Assembly: GCA_951406725.2 (NCBI GenBank)
Contig: OX597831.1
Coordinates: 6,572,001 to 6,636,000 of the forward strand
DNA: 64,000 nucleotides
DNA from: Octopus vulgaris
Taxonomy: Eukaryota
Direction of reading: 5' to 3'
The number at the start of each line of letters is the position of its first letter. The stretch's first letter is position 1. The notes below the pieces were generated by a model, which saw only the letters and a program-made list of their open reading frames with translations, made no database searches and was not told the origin of the DNA. The translations under genes and the position numbers were made by a program. Shown here piece after piece: positions 12,898-24,569 of the stretch.

Positions 12898-13401
12898 AAT
12901 TATTGCTAATTTACCTTGATATGTCTCTAACAAATTTAAGTCTAACTGGATACAAAACCACCCTGTGTAGTTGAGAGTAGAACTTCAGTCCTTTTGTTAC
13001 TAACATATGATCCATATTTAACAACACAGAAAATCATGATAGAAATATTTTTTTTGAAAAATGAAATGTTTTAAAATTCTATTTCTGATTATGAAGAGGC
13101 ATCTGAAGAAAGGGTTTTAATTTTCATTTCAGATCTTGATTTTGCACTCATATTTAGATTCATCTCTTTCTGCAACATTTTGAAAAGGGGTTTTCTTAAT
13201 TGTCTTAAAAATAAATGTTGGCTTCTTTCAATAGAGTAATACATCAAACGAGGAATTCCAAGAGGTTAATAAGACCATGAAAAGTTGGACAGGCCTAGCA
13301 AGAATTAGAGATTTCAGATAAGTAAATTCACAGTTAAAACCTTATATTCTAAACATTACATTATTGGGCAGAAATCTCTGTAGGGAGAAAACTACTAAAA
13401 C

Positions 13402-13715
13402 TCATCATCATTTAACATCCGCTTTCCATGCTAGCATGGGTTGGACGGTTCGACCAGGGTCTGGTAAGCCATGGAGGCTGCACCAGGGCTCTAGTCTGAT
13501 TTGGCGGTGTTTCTACAGCTGGATGCCCTTCCTAACGCTAACCACTCCGTGAGTGTAGTGGGTGTTTTTTACATGCCACTGGCACAGGGGCCAGAACAGG
13601 CTGGCAAATGGCTGCAATCGGTTGGTGCTTTTACAAGTTACCGACACGGACGCCAGTCAGGCGGCGCTGGCATCTGCCACATTCGGACGGTGCTTTTTAT
13701 GTGTCACCAGCACTG
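13402..13715 (-). mobile_element. Retroposon family E
   Basis: Reverse complement of the E tail, core and modules. Confidence 0.85.
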
Positions 13716-13827
13716 TGATAATAAAGTTAATGAAAGAAATGATATTTGTAAATCCTAAATCCTGATAACACGAAGAAGCCTAGACTAGGAAAAGAAAGAC
13801 GACAACAATTAAAAAATAAAGACTTAC

Positions 13828-14022
13828 CTTTTCCAATGGAAGTACTAAAAATGCTCCTCCACCTGAGGCTTCAATCACAACTGCCAGAAATTTGGGATTC
13901 ACAGCACAGAAATTGCTGTCATGGGCATTTCTGGTAATATGAACATTTTCATAACAAAGCTCTTTTCTATACGGACTGCCAAAAATATGGCGGTACTTAG
14001 AGCTCCGCACTCGAAACGCCAT
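13828..14022 (-). CDS. CORO2: Type II coronin, conserved N-terminal exon ([15 protein letters not shown]...VLPLEK)
   Basis: ttccattgcag|ATG acceptor and AAG|gtaag donor; 65 codons. Has the coronin RSSKYRH signature; [15 protein letters not shown] resembles CORO2A/2B ITKNVHDNHFCAVN (from recall). Confidence 0.95.
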
Positions 14023-14531
14023 CTGCAATGGAAATTAAGAAATGTAATTAAATTATTAAATTTTAAGATGCTAATTCTGGTATATTTTCACAAAACAGAC
14101 AATATACTAAACAACAGTTCTACTGCACAGAAAACATTGAAATTGGAAGGATCAAAGACGTCTGTTGTCCCTTCTCCTCAAAAAATTGCTTTTTTTTTTT
14201 ACTTTTGTCTTCTCCACAAATACTTTTTTTACTACCATGATATGAAAGATGTTAAGTTGCCTTTTTATTGCTCAAAATGAAATTACCACTCAAAGTTACA
14301 CTTCTTATCTTCACAAATGACAATTGATGGCGCTTACTTTTACACCCTTTGCTCAATAATCTTTGGTTATATTTTATTGAATTGTTGAACCAAAATTCTG
14401 GCATAAGTTTCCTTTTTGTCAATAAATAACGATCATACTTATAAAGCTTGTAATTTGATCTTTCTTACAACCTAAATTATTCATTCAATGGACCCAATCA
14501 TTCAAAAATTCCTTTGTCAAAAAATGTCCCT

Positions 14532-14759
14532 TTAACCCTTTCATTACTGTATTTATTTTGAGATGCTCTGTGTTTTTTTCAATCATTTTAAATATAACAA
14601 AGAATTTTCTAAAATAACTTATTTATCATTAAGCTAGTGTTAGGAACGTAAATTGTGACTAAGGCTTGGTGGGATATTTTAATTCAGAACTTATGAAAGC
14701 AGGACATTTTTCCATAGAGCCAGAGCCGGTTTGGGCCAGGTTAGTAACAAAAGGGTTAA
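14532..14759. mobile_element. piggyBac-type MITE, family F
   Basis: TTAA-ccctttcattact ... agtaacaaaaggg-TTAA; colinear with 623-852. Confidence 0.8.
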
Positions 14760-15231
14760 ACATCAAACCCTAATTAATTTTTAAAAAAACAACTAAATAT
14801 CCATCTTCTATGAATGAATACTGAAGAATAAATGACCTGAGAACAGTGAATTTTCTTAGTTGTTTCATAAAAGATATACACTATAGTTGTCATGACATTT
14901 TATAACGATTAAAAAGGCTAAAATACAATGGATTACAATGAGAAAATATGAAATTGAATTGACCAACAGAATTTATTGGTAGCAGTGTAAGTCTATTGGT
15001 GAATGTTTAAAACCAAAGTAGGTATTAAACAAGGATGCTTGCTAACTCCAGTATTCTTTAATATTTTCAGAAAAACTAAATATAACATATTACGGAGATG
15101 TACTTGCATAGCGAGTGACTTGATCTGAGATCGTGTGCTGGAACGAAAACAATTGCAGTGTGGAAGGTGTTTATAAGCCATTTAAGAAACACACAAAAAC
15201 CGTTAGATTCACTTCAACATTTAAATTTTAA

Positions 15232-15282
15232 TTTGTCAAAATATTTTCCACGCTTTGCGACCGCGACCTGTTCACTGACAAA
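15232..15282 (-). ncRNA. Minimal type I hammerhead-like motif, G3-C8 variant (copy 1, stem II damaged)
   Basis: tttgtca GTGAACA g gtcgc ggtcgcaaa gcgtg GAAA atat TT tgacaaa. Confidence 0.5.
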
Positions 15283-15384
15283 ACTTCGTGCTGCATATAA
15301 TAGGTTTAATCCACTGCCATGTCAGACATCAAGATCTCCCGTGCATGCAAATTTCTTACAGCTGGAAGTGTCCTGTTATCTTTA

Positions 15385-15815
15385 TATGGCTACAATCGAA
15401 CCAATTCTACTATATGGCTCAGAAACCTGGACATTATCAAAGAAGCTTGAGAGGCGGTTGGATGGAACTTACACTCGTCTCCTTATGAGAGCTCAAAATC
15501 ACTCGTGGAAGCGTCATCCAACCAAAGTACAAATATATGGGAAACTACCACCTGTATCATTTCTTGTGAAAGGTAGAAGAGTCCAGTTTGCTGGACATTG
15601 TTGTAGAGCTGAAAACGAGGTAATTTCTACTCTTCTCCTCTGGAAGCCATCTGCTTGCGATACCAGAGGGCGCACACTCTCCAACCCTGATGTAATCTCC
15701 AGGGATACAGGCATCCAGCAACAGGACCTCCGTAATGCTATGATGGACCGTGAAGTCTGGCATAACATTAAATTCCATTGTCTCGACCACGGTCAAACAA
15801 TGATGAAGATGATGA
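15385..15815 (+). mobile_element. RTE-like LINE 3' fragment
   Basis: ILLYGSETWTL, FAGHC and DREVW motifs, then a (GAT)n-like tail. Confidence 0.8.
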
Positions 15816-15829
15816 CTACATTTTCACTT

Positions 15830-16300
15830 GGCACTGAATATTGCTGTTATCTTTGGGCTGGTGCCTCCTTTGAGTCTCTTAAATTGCTTGATCCAATTCG
15901 GAATTTAGTTGTTAACATGGTGATTCCTCTTTCTACTAGACTGGAATCTTTGTTGTGCCTTTTCTATAAGCATTTTCATGGCCATTGTTCAGATGAACTT
16001 CCTGGTCTAGTACCCTCTATTAAGGTCTTTAAAACATGTCGCCCTCTGTCAAGATCTCTAGAACTTGTCACCCACTTCTCTTCCCAGATGCGTCGTTCCT
16101 CCATTGAACTTTCTGTTAGTCATAACTCCTTTTATTCCAATAGCATCTTTCATCAAATTGCTGCTCTCTGAAATTCTCTACCATCATCTTCTTTTCGTCT
16201 GCTCTGTAATGTTCATTCCTTGAAGCTTCTGGTCAACTGACATCTTTTAAATCTGTAGGCCCCACTTCTTTGCCTTCTTTTTAGCCCCTTATTCTGCAAA
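15830..16300 (+). mobile_element. Decayed CR1/L2-group LINE 3' fragment
   Basis: EYCCYLWAGA, LFYKHFHGHCSDEL and *NSLP motifs. Confidence 0.65.
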
Positions 16301-16774
16301 GTGGTTTCAAGTCTTGTTTGGAACAAAAATCATATGAAACTGCAACTCAATGATATATTCTGCTCATTAACAATGAATTGATTGAATAAATGAGTCGAGT
16401 TGATTGAATAAGTCATCTTACGAAAGAGAAATCAATGCAGAGAAAAACGAAATCATTCACAATAACAACACCATTTTCTAAAAAGATTCTTCTCAATTGA
16501 AAGAAGACTGAATCATGACTTGCTTTAAACCTTGGATCTGTTATTGACCGTAACAAGCCAAGGCCAGACTTACAAAAACAATAGAGGTACTCTAAAGAAA
16601 CTGAGGGTGAGATAGAACACAACAATTTGATATTCTATAAATGTTGTCTTATCAGTTACTGCCTTACATGAACAAAATTCCACATGAAAATCTCCAACCA
16701 AAATACATATGAACCGTTTGCCAGCATAAAAACCAAAAAATTTTTTTAATTTCATATTCATTTTCCAGATAATT

Positions 16775-17085
16775 TTAACTCTTTAGCTTTTAAACTGATC
16801 ATATCCAGCCCAAATATTCTACCTATTTTATATTCAAACTGACCAGATCCAACCTCTCACACCTACCCTACAATGTCCTTCTAAAAATAAACATTCACAT
16901 CATCAAAATCTTGAAATTACAAGTTATCATCATCATCGTTTAACGTCCGTTTTCGACTGGGGTCTGGGAAGCCAGGAGGCTGCACCAGGCTCCAGTCGTA
17001 TCTGGCAGTGTTTCTACAGCTGGATGCCCTTCCTAATGCCAAGATGCCCTTCCTAACGCCAGTTAATGCATAATTAATTAAAAAC
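16775..17085 (-). mobile_element. MITE family G (partial), interrupted by a family E fragment (about 16926-17060)
   Basis: Reverse complement of the 7747 element; resumes with aatgcataattaatt after the insert. Confidence 0.65.
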
Positions 17086-18632
17086 CTCTGACAGACTCAT
17101 CAGAATGCTAATTAGTTGAACTAGAGTTTTCTGCACCTCAGAATTAAATTAACGAGTTATTCATCTGGAACAGTGATAACAAAACAGCTCTAATTGAAGA
17201 AGACCCTTTCATCAACCACACTACAACCTCGGCACAGACTTCATCTCTTCCTATCAGTATTCACTGCTTCTTCCTATAATGTTAACCTCCTTTAAACGAG
17301 CCAAATGCTGACCACCTCCACCCACTTGACACATTTCTTTCTCTGCTAATCACCTTTCTCACACATCTTACAAAACATTTTTATATATTTGTATAAAATT
17401 TAATAATTAATATTTTGATATAATTAAAATTTTAAATTCTATTGTCTTACAAAACATTTATATATATTTGTATAAAATTTGATAATTAAAATTTTAAATC
17501 CTATTGTCAGCAATTAAACAGTTGACTAATTTCTACCACCTCTTGAAAATACTCATGCAAACTATTATTTTTTTCCTTTTTTCATAAAAAATAATCTTCT
17601 TCCATTAATACACAAGAGATGTCGGCCGAGGCTGGCAATATACCAATATGATAATCTTTCTGGTCATTCTGCCAAATTGTTCAAAACGTTTCTTCAAGCT
17701 CATAAAATTAGAAGTTTGTTACCTGGAGAATCTCCAGATGGAAACCTTATTGGAAATTCATCGTGAATTACAAAGTAAGATATTCTATTTGCCCCAGTTC
17801 GATATCAATAATATAAATTAAAGCCTGTATAAGTAAAGAAGTTTGACAATATTCTTTAATTCATTTTCTGGTTTCAGTTACTGAACTGCAGCCATGCAGG
17901 ACCATCACCTTCAACAGCCGTCCAAGAATTTGGACCTGGAGATCTCCATTTCCAGCGACTTCGAGGGCCATTTCCAAGTGGTGTCGGGCATCAACGAAGA
18001 GCCCTCGACTACAAGATGACCAAAGTTTTTTTTTCCCCAATGTCTGGGGTCTTCTGCCCCTAAGCCCCAGACCACCACCTAATCACCCTTACCCGTCTTG
18101 TTGCTTAACAACAACAACATCACCTTCAACAAAGCAACCCTAGATAATTTCTGGTACTTAAATTTTTGACTTTGGAACAGGGAGGTACTTGGTCAGCCGC
18201 CCCCTCCTCTCCCAATTAACCTAATAATATTATCCTATGTGATTACCTTTCATTGAGAGAGGTATGCAAGTGAAGGTGCATCTTGGGTGGTGGTTAGGGT
18301 GTGGCTGTCATGATGGCAAGATTGTGGGTCCCAGTTTCTAGATCAGTGGTCCTTTGTGTTCTAGAGCAAAACACTTCATCTCATGTAGCTTCAGCCCACT
18401 TGGCTGTAAGTGGGTCACAACCCTGCAATGGATTGGCGTTCCATTCAGGTTGAATGCTGGCCTGCTCTACTAAGCTGTGGGGTGGCATCCTTTGAAAACA
18501 ACAACAATGCGAGGAAGTGCACTGTGATCAGCAGTGGATAATAGCATCTGAGAGTCTGATTGATATAGGGAGGTGTGTATGTGTGTGCATGTGTACGAAT
18601 ACACACATGCTCACACTCACAAATACACACCT

Positions 18633-18864
18633 ATTTCTTTACTACCCACAAGGGGTTAAACACAGAGAGGACAAACAAGGACAGACATAGGTATTAAGTC
18701 AATTACATCGACCCCAGTGCGTAACTGGTACTTAAATTATCGACCCTGAAAGGATGAAAGGTAAAGTCGACCTTAGCGGAATTTGAACTCAGAACATAGC
18801 GGCAGACGAAATACCGCTGAGAATTTCACCTAGCGTGCTAACAATTCTGCCAGCTCGCCGCCTT
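18633..18864 (-). mobile_element. SINE family A with target-site duplication (TSD)
   Basis: Full unit flanked by direct repeats aaatacacacct. Confidence 0.9.
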
Positions 18865-19007
18865 AAATACACACCTGACAAGCTTTTATGCTGTTCATTG
18901 AGATCCAACATCAGAATGGTAAAATTCTTTAATTATATTCAGTTTATATCTTTATGATTGTAAATGAACATAACACTTGTTCGGCTTTTCATGATTCCGT
19001 TTGGAGA

Positions 19008-19158
19008 AGTGTTTCTCAAAGTGGTCTGTGACAATATTTTGGTGGAACGTGGCGCTTCACAATGGGACGTCAGCAAGGAATAAGTGAAAGAAAATTTGCA
19101 ATAAAGTTTTAATGAAAACTTTTTAGGGGATGCATGACAAAAGAGTTAAGAAACCCTG
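19008..19158. mobile_element. Degenerate hAT-type MITE
   Basis: agtgtttctcaa ... ttaagaaaccctg imperfect terminal inverted repeats of hAT/Charlie style. Confidence 0.45.
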
Positions 19159-19595
19159 ATTTACCACTTTAGCCCCTTGACAGTGCCCTGATGAGATTGG
19201 GTTATGCCCTTGCCTTTATTGCAATAAGGAAATAACAAGTAACTACAAGGGCACTGATGGAGATGCAGCCAAACAATCAATTTTGTAGACTTTTCAACTG
19301 TTTATATTCTTTCATTCACCAACACAGACCCTCACTGGTTCCCATTGTTTATTAGTGCTTTACTAGTTGGACTAAATTTTGATTAAGAATGGGTATAAAT
19401 CATGACAACCTTCTCATCTTTTGGGGTTGAACAACAGAATCTTTCATCAACAAAAACAAATTCCTACATGAATCCTTTAAACAGACACAGCGTGCCATCT
19501 TTTAGCAGGAAGAGCCATCACTGCCACAAGATATTTACTTTGAGGTTTCTTTTAACGATGTAAAATGAGAAAAGGAAAGAAGATTATACAGTTAT

Positions 19596-19810
19596 GTTCT
19601 TTTACTTGTTTCAGTCATTTGGCTGTGGCCATGCTGGAGCACCACACTGAAAGGTTTTACTCAAACAAATCAACCCCAAAAGTTACTTTTTTAAGCCTGG
19701 TTCCCATCCTTACCAGTCTCTTTGACAGCACTGCTACATTATGGGGATGTAAACACACCAACGCCGGTTGTCAAACAGTGATGGGGAGGAACAAACACAG
19801 ACACTCACAT

Positions 19811-19860
<50 letters not shown>

Positions 19861-19961
19861 GTAAATGTAATATGTGACAATATTACATTTACAGATAAAT
19901 TCCTCTATTTACATAATATCGAGGTCTCTTTCATTCTTTTGTTGTCTTACCATTTCTATCA

Positions 19962-19992
<31 letters not shown>

Positions 19993-20461
19993 GAGGCACA
20001 ATGGCCCAGTGGTTAGGGCAGTGGACTCACGGTTGTAGGATCACAGTTTTGATTCCCAGACCGGGCGTTGTGAGTGTGTTTATTGAGCGAAAACACCTAA
20101 AAGATCCTCGAGGTTCCGGCAGGGGGTGGTGATCCCTGCTCTACTCTTTCACCACTCTTTCTTCTGTTGACCTGCTCGCTTAGCCAGCGGGGTGGCATCA
20201 TTCGAAGGCTTAAACAATGCGAACGCATTGTGACCAGCGATGTGTAACAACATCTGATGGTCTGGTCGGTCATGTGATTGCGTGATATATATATATATAT
20301 GCTTACAACAGGCTTCTTTCAGCTTCCATCCACCGAAGCCACTCACAAGGCTTTGGTCGGCTCATGTCTATAGTACAAGACATTTGTCCAAGGTGCCACA
20401 CAGCAGGACTGAACCCAGAACCATGTGGTTGGGAAGCAAGCTTCTTACCACACAGCCACAC
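19596..20461 (-). mobile_element. SINE family B split by nested insertions
   Basis: Tail at 19596-19815 and head at 20308-20461; the internal microsatellite holds a hairpin fragment and a family C SINE. Confidence 0.75.
19991..20285 (+). mobile_element. tRNA-derived SINE family C
   Basis: tggcccagtggttaggg A-box, tRNA-like head and tail ...tggtcggtca(c/t)gtga. Confidence 0.9.
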
Positions 20462-21784
20462 CTCTTTTTTTAAAAATATTTATGTAGACTCGTTTTGATT
20501 GCGGGGCCACCTTTATAAAACCAGGATGGGTTAATGATTTCAAATATCTATCGTTTCCCACGTGCACACATACAAAGGGATGACCAGGGTATTAGTTGTT
20601 ATTATTGGCTGAGGGATCAGCAGTTCATTTTATTTCCAGCATTTTTGGGGGTTTCCATAATCTAGTCCCTCCCGACTGTAACCAGCGGAGACAAAACCAT
20701 AAGGATTTTGTTACCTTGCAGTGTTGTCGTCAATCAATACTTGCCATAGATACAACTTGCAGTCAGGTGGCTCCTCCAGTTTTATCTGTTCCAGATACAC
20801 TACAGAAATATCCAGTATCTATTCTATGCTGCTTTGCCTGTATAATCCCTTCATGGCATGTTTATACTTTGGCTCCTATTTCATTATATCTAGTCTTTAA
20901 TTGATTTTAACTCAAGAAATTACTTTATGAGCAATAAAAAGTAATTTTTCTATGTAAATAATATTTCTACTTATAATATTGGTTCTATAATGATTATTAT
21001 CTTCTTTCTCATTTCACAACAAGTTTATACATGTAAGGAAATATTTACGTTCAAATATGTTAATCTCAAGTTCTGAAGCAACTTTTCCAAAACTTTTTTT
21101 TTTTTTTCATTGACATTTCGTTAAACTAACAGGATTAAAAAAAAAAAAAAATAATGGGGAAATAAAGTTCAAATAAAATAACAGGTTTTCAGAAGGACAA
21201 ACAAAAATAACGATGAAGCTGGCCACAATGACAATATCGATGGTGTAGAAAGAGTAAGACATGTAACAATAATGACATCATTGCTAGCTGGACATTACTG
21301 TCAGGACAAATCAGAGCTAAAGAAATAATACGCATCTTATATAAACAAACCTAATTCAAAATCATTAAATTGCGTGTGTACAGGGGGATTCTTTATGTCT
21401 TGTAATATGGAATTGTGTATCGACTAGAAAATTCTAGGGTTGTATTTAAGAAAATTATATCCAGAGAATCAAGTTAATTATTCATTTACTCTTAGCGAGA
21501 CTTTAAAAAAATTTTTCCAGCCCTACCTAATATTATTGTTTTGTCAACCTTATATTAAGGCAATGAAAGGGGGAAGAAAAGGTCCACCGAATTAACCGAT
21601 GACAGTTGAACGATTTCTATTATTCCGAAATATATATTTTTTTAATATCACAAAAGATATCAAGATAATTAATAAACCAGTGCGTTTAGTTCTGCCGTTG
21701 ATTTTTAATAAATTATTTACGTTCTAAAATAATATTCGAAATATTTTTCTTTGTCAATCTACAACTATGTCCCTAGAAATTCCA

Positions 21785-21995
21785 GTCGTCAACGCAGTAT
21801 CATTCAATGACAAGCGACAAACAATAAACCGCGGTGGACTGCGACAGCTAAGAAACCTTTGATGCGAAAGAGAAAGCCGAGACAGCTGCTTAAAAGATGG
21901 TCAACAATGAATGAACGAGTTTTTCCCACAGAAAGTGAAAGTGTTCAGAGAAAACCAAATGATATTGTGCGCAGGTGGATCGCAGCAGGCTTCAC
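21785..21995. promoter_or_regulatory. Candidate intronic enhancer
   Basis: Unique CpG-containing island with clustered TCF-, Sox-, Su(H)- and E-box-type motifs; motif match only. Confidence 0.3.
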
Positions 21996-22462
21996 CTTAA
22001 TTACAATATAATTACAATTATTATTATTATATTACGTCTGTACTTAAACAGGGAATTAAAAAGAAAAGCTTATTTCACAAAAGATTTCGTTTCATAAATT
22101 TCACTGATTCAGTCTTCACACAATATCTTTTTTCTAGTTTAAACATTTCATAATTTTTCACACGACAGATATTTTAAATCTATTATTAATACATTTGGCA
22201 GACTCCCGACCCACAAAAAAGCAACACTGATATTTTAAAGCTGCTACAAATGATACGATTATTACTATTATTATTATTACTATTATTATTATTATTATTA
22301 TTATTATCTGCTAAAGACGAGTATATATATGAGTCCGGCATCGATTTTTCTGGTGGTCGGTGTTGCTAGCTGAGTAAGGCGGCCGGAAAAGTAAGACAAC
22401 ATCAACACAAATATATAATAAATTAGACGATGAGCTAAGAGGGGAAAAAATAGTTTTCTAAC

Positions 22463-22528
22463 CGTAACTAGCCCCCATCCAGTTGATTTCATCCTCTTTG
22501 AAGGAGAAGCCGGTGCCGGTCCTTCCAT
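22463..22528 (-). CDS. CORO2: Candidate alternative first coding exon 1b of coronin (MEGPAPASPSKRMKSTGWGLVT)
   Basis: ATG at 22528 with an in-frame upstream stop, 22 codons, ACG|gttaga phase-0 donor; unique CpG-containing context. Confidence 0.6.
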
Positions 22529-22979
22529 TCCAACAGTTTTTATTTCAACTGTTAAGAACGGCGGTTCTAATAAATGGTGACAAGTGGAAGAGATGTTGCG
22601 ATCGGACTTCAGAGGTCACACGAATCCATGACGTTCAAAAACAATCCATTCCAATTTTTAGCACCAAATCATGAATGAATGAATGAATTAGTTAATAATA
22701 AATAATTAATATTATTATTATAATTATGATTATTATTGTTGTTGTTGTTGTTATTATTATTAACAACAGTCTTTGACAATCGAGGAGTTGACGACTCTCA
22801 CTGCAGTGTTCGACTCTCAGGAGACATGGCTTTTTGTTTCTCGAATCCGCTTCCTTACTGCAACTGTTGTTGTTGTTGTTGTTGTTGTTGCTGTTAATAA
22901 ATACAAGCTTGACATCAACCTAGTGGGTTGCAGTAGCAGCTGCACTAATTTGCAACAACAGCAGCTCCGGTAGCACTAG

Positions 22980-23018
22980 CACTAGTAGCAGCAGCAGCAG
23001 TAGTAGTAGTAGTAGCAA

Positions 23019-23103
<85 letters not shown>

Positions 23104-23105
23104 GA

Positions 23106-23152
<47 letters not shown>

Positions 23153-23153
23153 A

Positions 23154-23202
<49 letters not shown>

Positions 23203-23245
23203 GGTGGTGGTAGTAGTAGTAGTAGCAGCAGCAGCAGTAGCAGCT
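22980..23245. repeat. Compound (GTA)n/(GTG)n/(GCA)n microsatellite
   Basis: Direct reading. Confidence 0.95.
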
Positions 23246-23686
23246 GTTCCATCGTTTCTAAGTACATCTACCTTTTCGCAATCCAATAACGCATGTCTCC
23301 TCCTCTCCCCCCCCTCCTCATCCTCCGCCAGTCCATTGTTACAGTCATCATCAGCATCCTTTCCACAAAACCCATAACAACACTCGATTCTTTTATTCGG
23401 TTATATCTATGCAGTTGTACTGCAGCTTTTCGTGTGTGATGTGGTGGTGGCAATCACCAAACTTGTTGCGGCTGCGGTAAAAACAACTCGTTATTAACGG
23501 CACAACATCTTCGACAAAGTGTTCATTTAACCCTGGGCTCACTGAAAGCGAACGTCAATGGGAAACCTTATTTGATAAAGTATTATGTCATTAATACACA
23601 CACACATACACACACACACACACACTAATGCTTTATGTTATACCATTAAATGGCTAAGAACTACACTTGTATATCAACCACTGTTT

Positions 23687-24100
23687 AAGGCGGCGAGCTG
23701 GCAGAAATGTTAGCACGCCGGGCGAGATGCGTAGCTGTATTTCGTCTGTTGTTACGTTCTGAGTTCAAATCCCGCCGAGGTTGACTTTGCCTTTCATCCT
23801 TTCGGGGTCGATAAATAAAGTACCAGTTTCGCACTGGGGTCGATGTAATCGACTTAATCCCTTTGTCTGTCCTTGTTTGTCCCCTCTATGTTTAGCCCCT
23901 TGTGGGTAGTAAAGAAATAGGTATTTCGTCTGCCGTTACGTTCTGAGTTCAAATCCTGCCAAGGTCGACTTTGCCTTTCATCCTTTCGGGGTCGATAAAT
24001 TAAGTACAAGTTTCGCACTGGGGTCGATGTAATCGACTTGATACCCATGTCTGTCCTTGTTTGTCCCCTCTATGTTTAGCCCCTTGTGGGCAATAAAGAA
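23687..24100 (+). mobile_element. SINE family A, dimeric, with TSD
   Basis: Full unit plus head-truncated unit; flanked by atat(c/t)aaccactgtt. Confidence 0.9.
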
Positions 24101-24569
24101 ATATATATATTAACCACTGTTATTCTAACAGATTACAAGACCATTCTTTTAATTATTGATTTTATTTTTATATTTTTTTGAAATTTTAAATAAAAGAAAA
24201 TACTACCAAATAAAATAAAAGAAAATATGAGAATGTTAATATTTGAAATTAGAATTTAAAAGGAGAGAGAAAATGTTTAGCTACTTCAAGACTAGAACCA
24301 AGCCCATATTAAACACAGATATAAATATATGAGATTATGTAAAGAATAAGATATTTCTTGTTGCTATATTGGCAACTCCACCTTCACTTTTATCAACAGA
24401 GAAAATCTCATTACAATGAGAAATAAGAATTAAATCTGGAAATATTTGTGACTAATTTTAGATTAATTTTACACAAGGAAATAACTAACATATACTTCGT
24501 TTGGCTTCAAATTAAAAAGCCTGACTAATACTAACGAGATATTAAATATAAATTAGTATAATGTCTATA

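Noticed and set aside
15158-16171. 337-aa ORF
   Set aside because: Chance read-through of three unrelated repeats: the hammerhead-bearing repeat, an RTE fragment and a CR1/L2 fragment.
17085-17110. Other CTGANGA hits (17096 minus, 43078 plus, 52697 minus)
   Set aside because: No correctly placed stem II plus GAAA; the 52697 hit lies in retrotransposon coding sequence.
19991-20065. tRNA genes at SINE heads (also 39275 and 49857)
   Set aside because: A and B boxes are present, but there is no complete acceptor stem and the sequence continues into SINE bodies.
22920-23400. Mucin-like poly-Thr frame preceded by an acidic stretch (DADDD...EDEEGG)
   Set aside because: No ATG in frame, bounded by stops, no convincing splice sites; explained by the triplet microsatellite.
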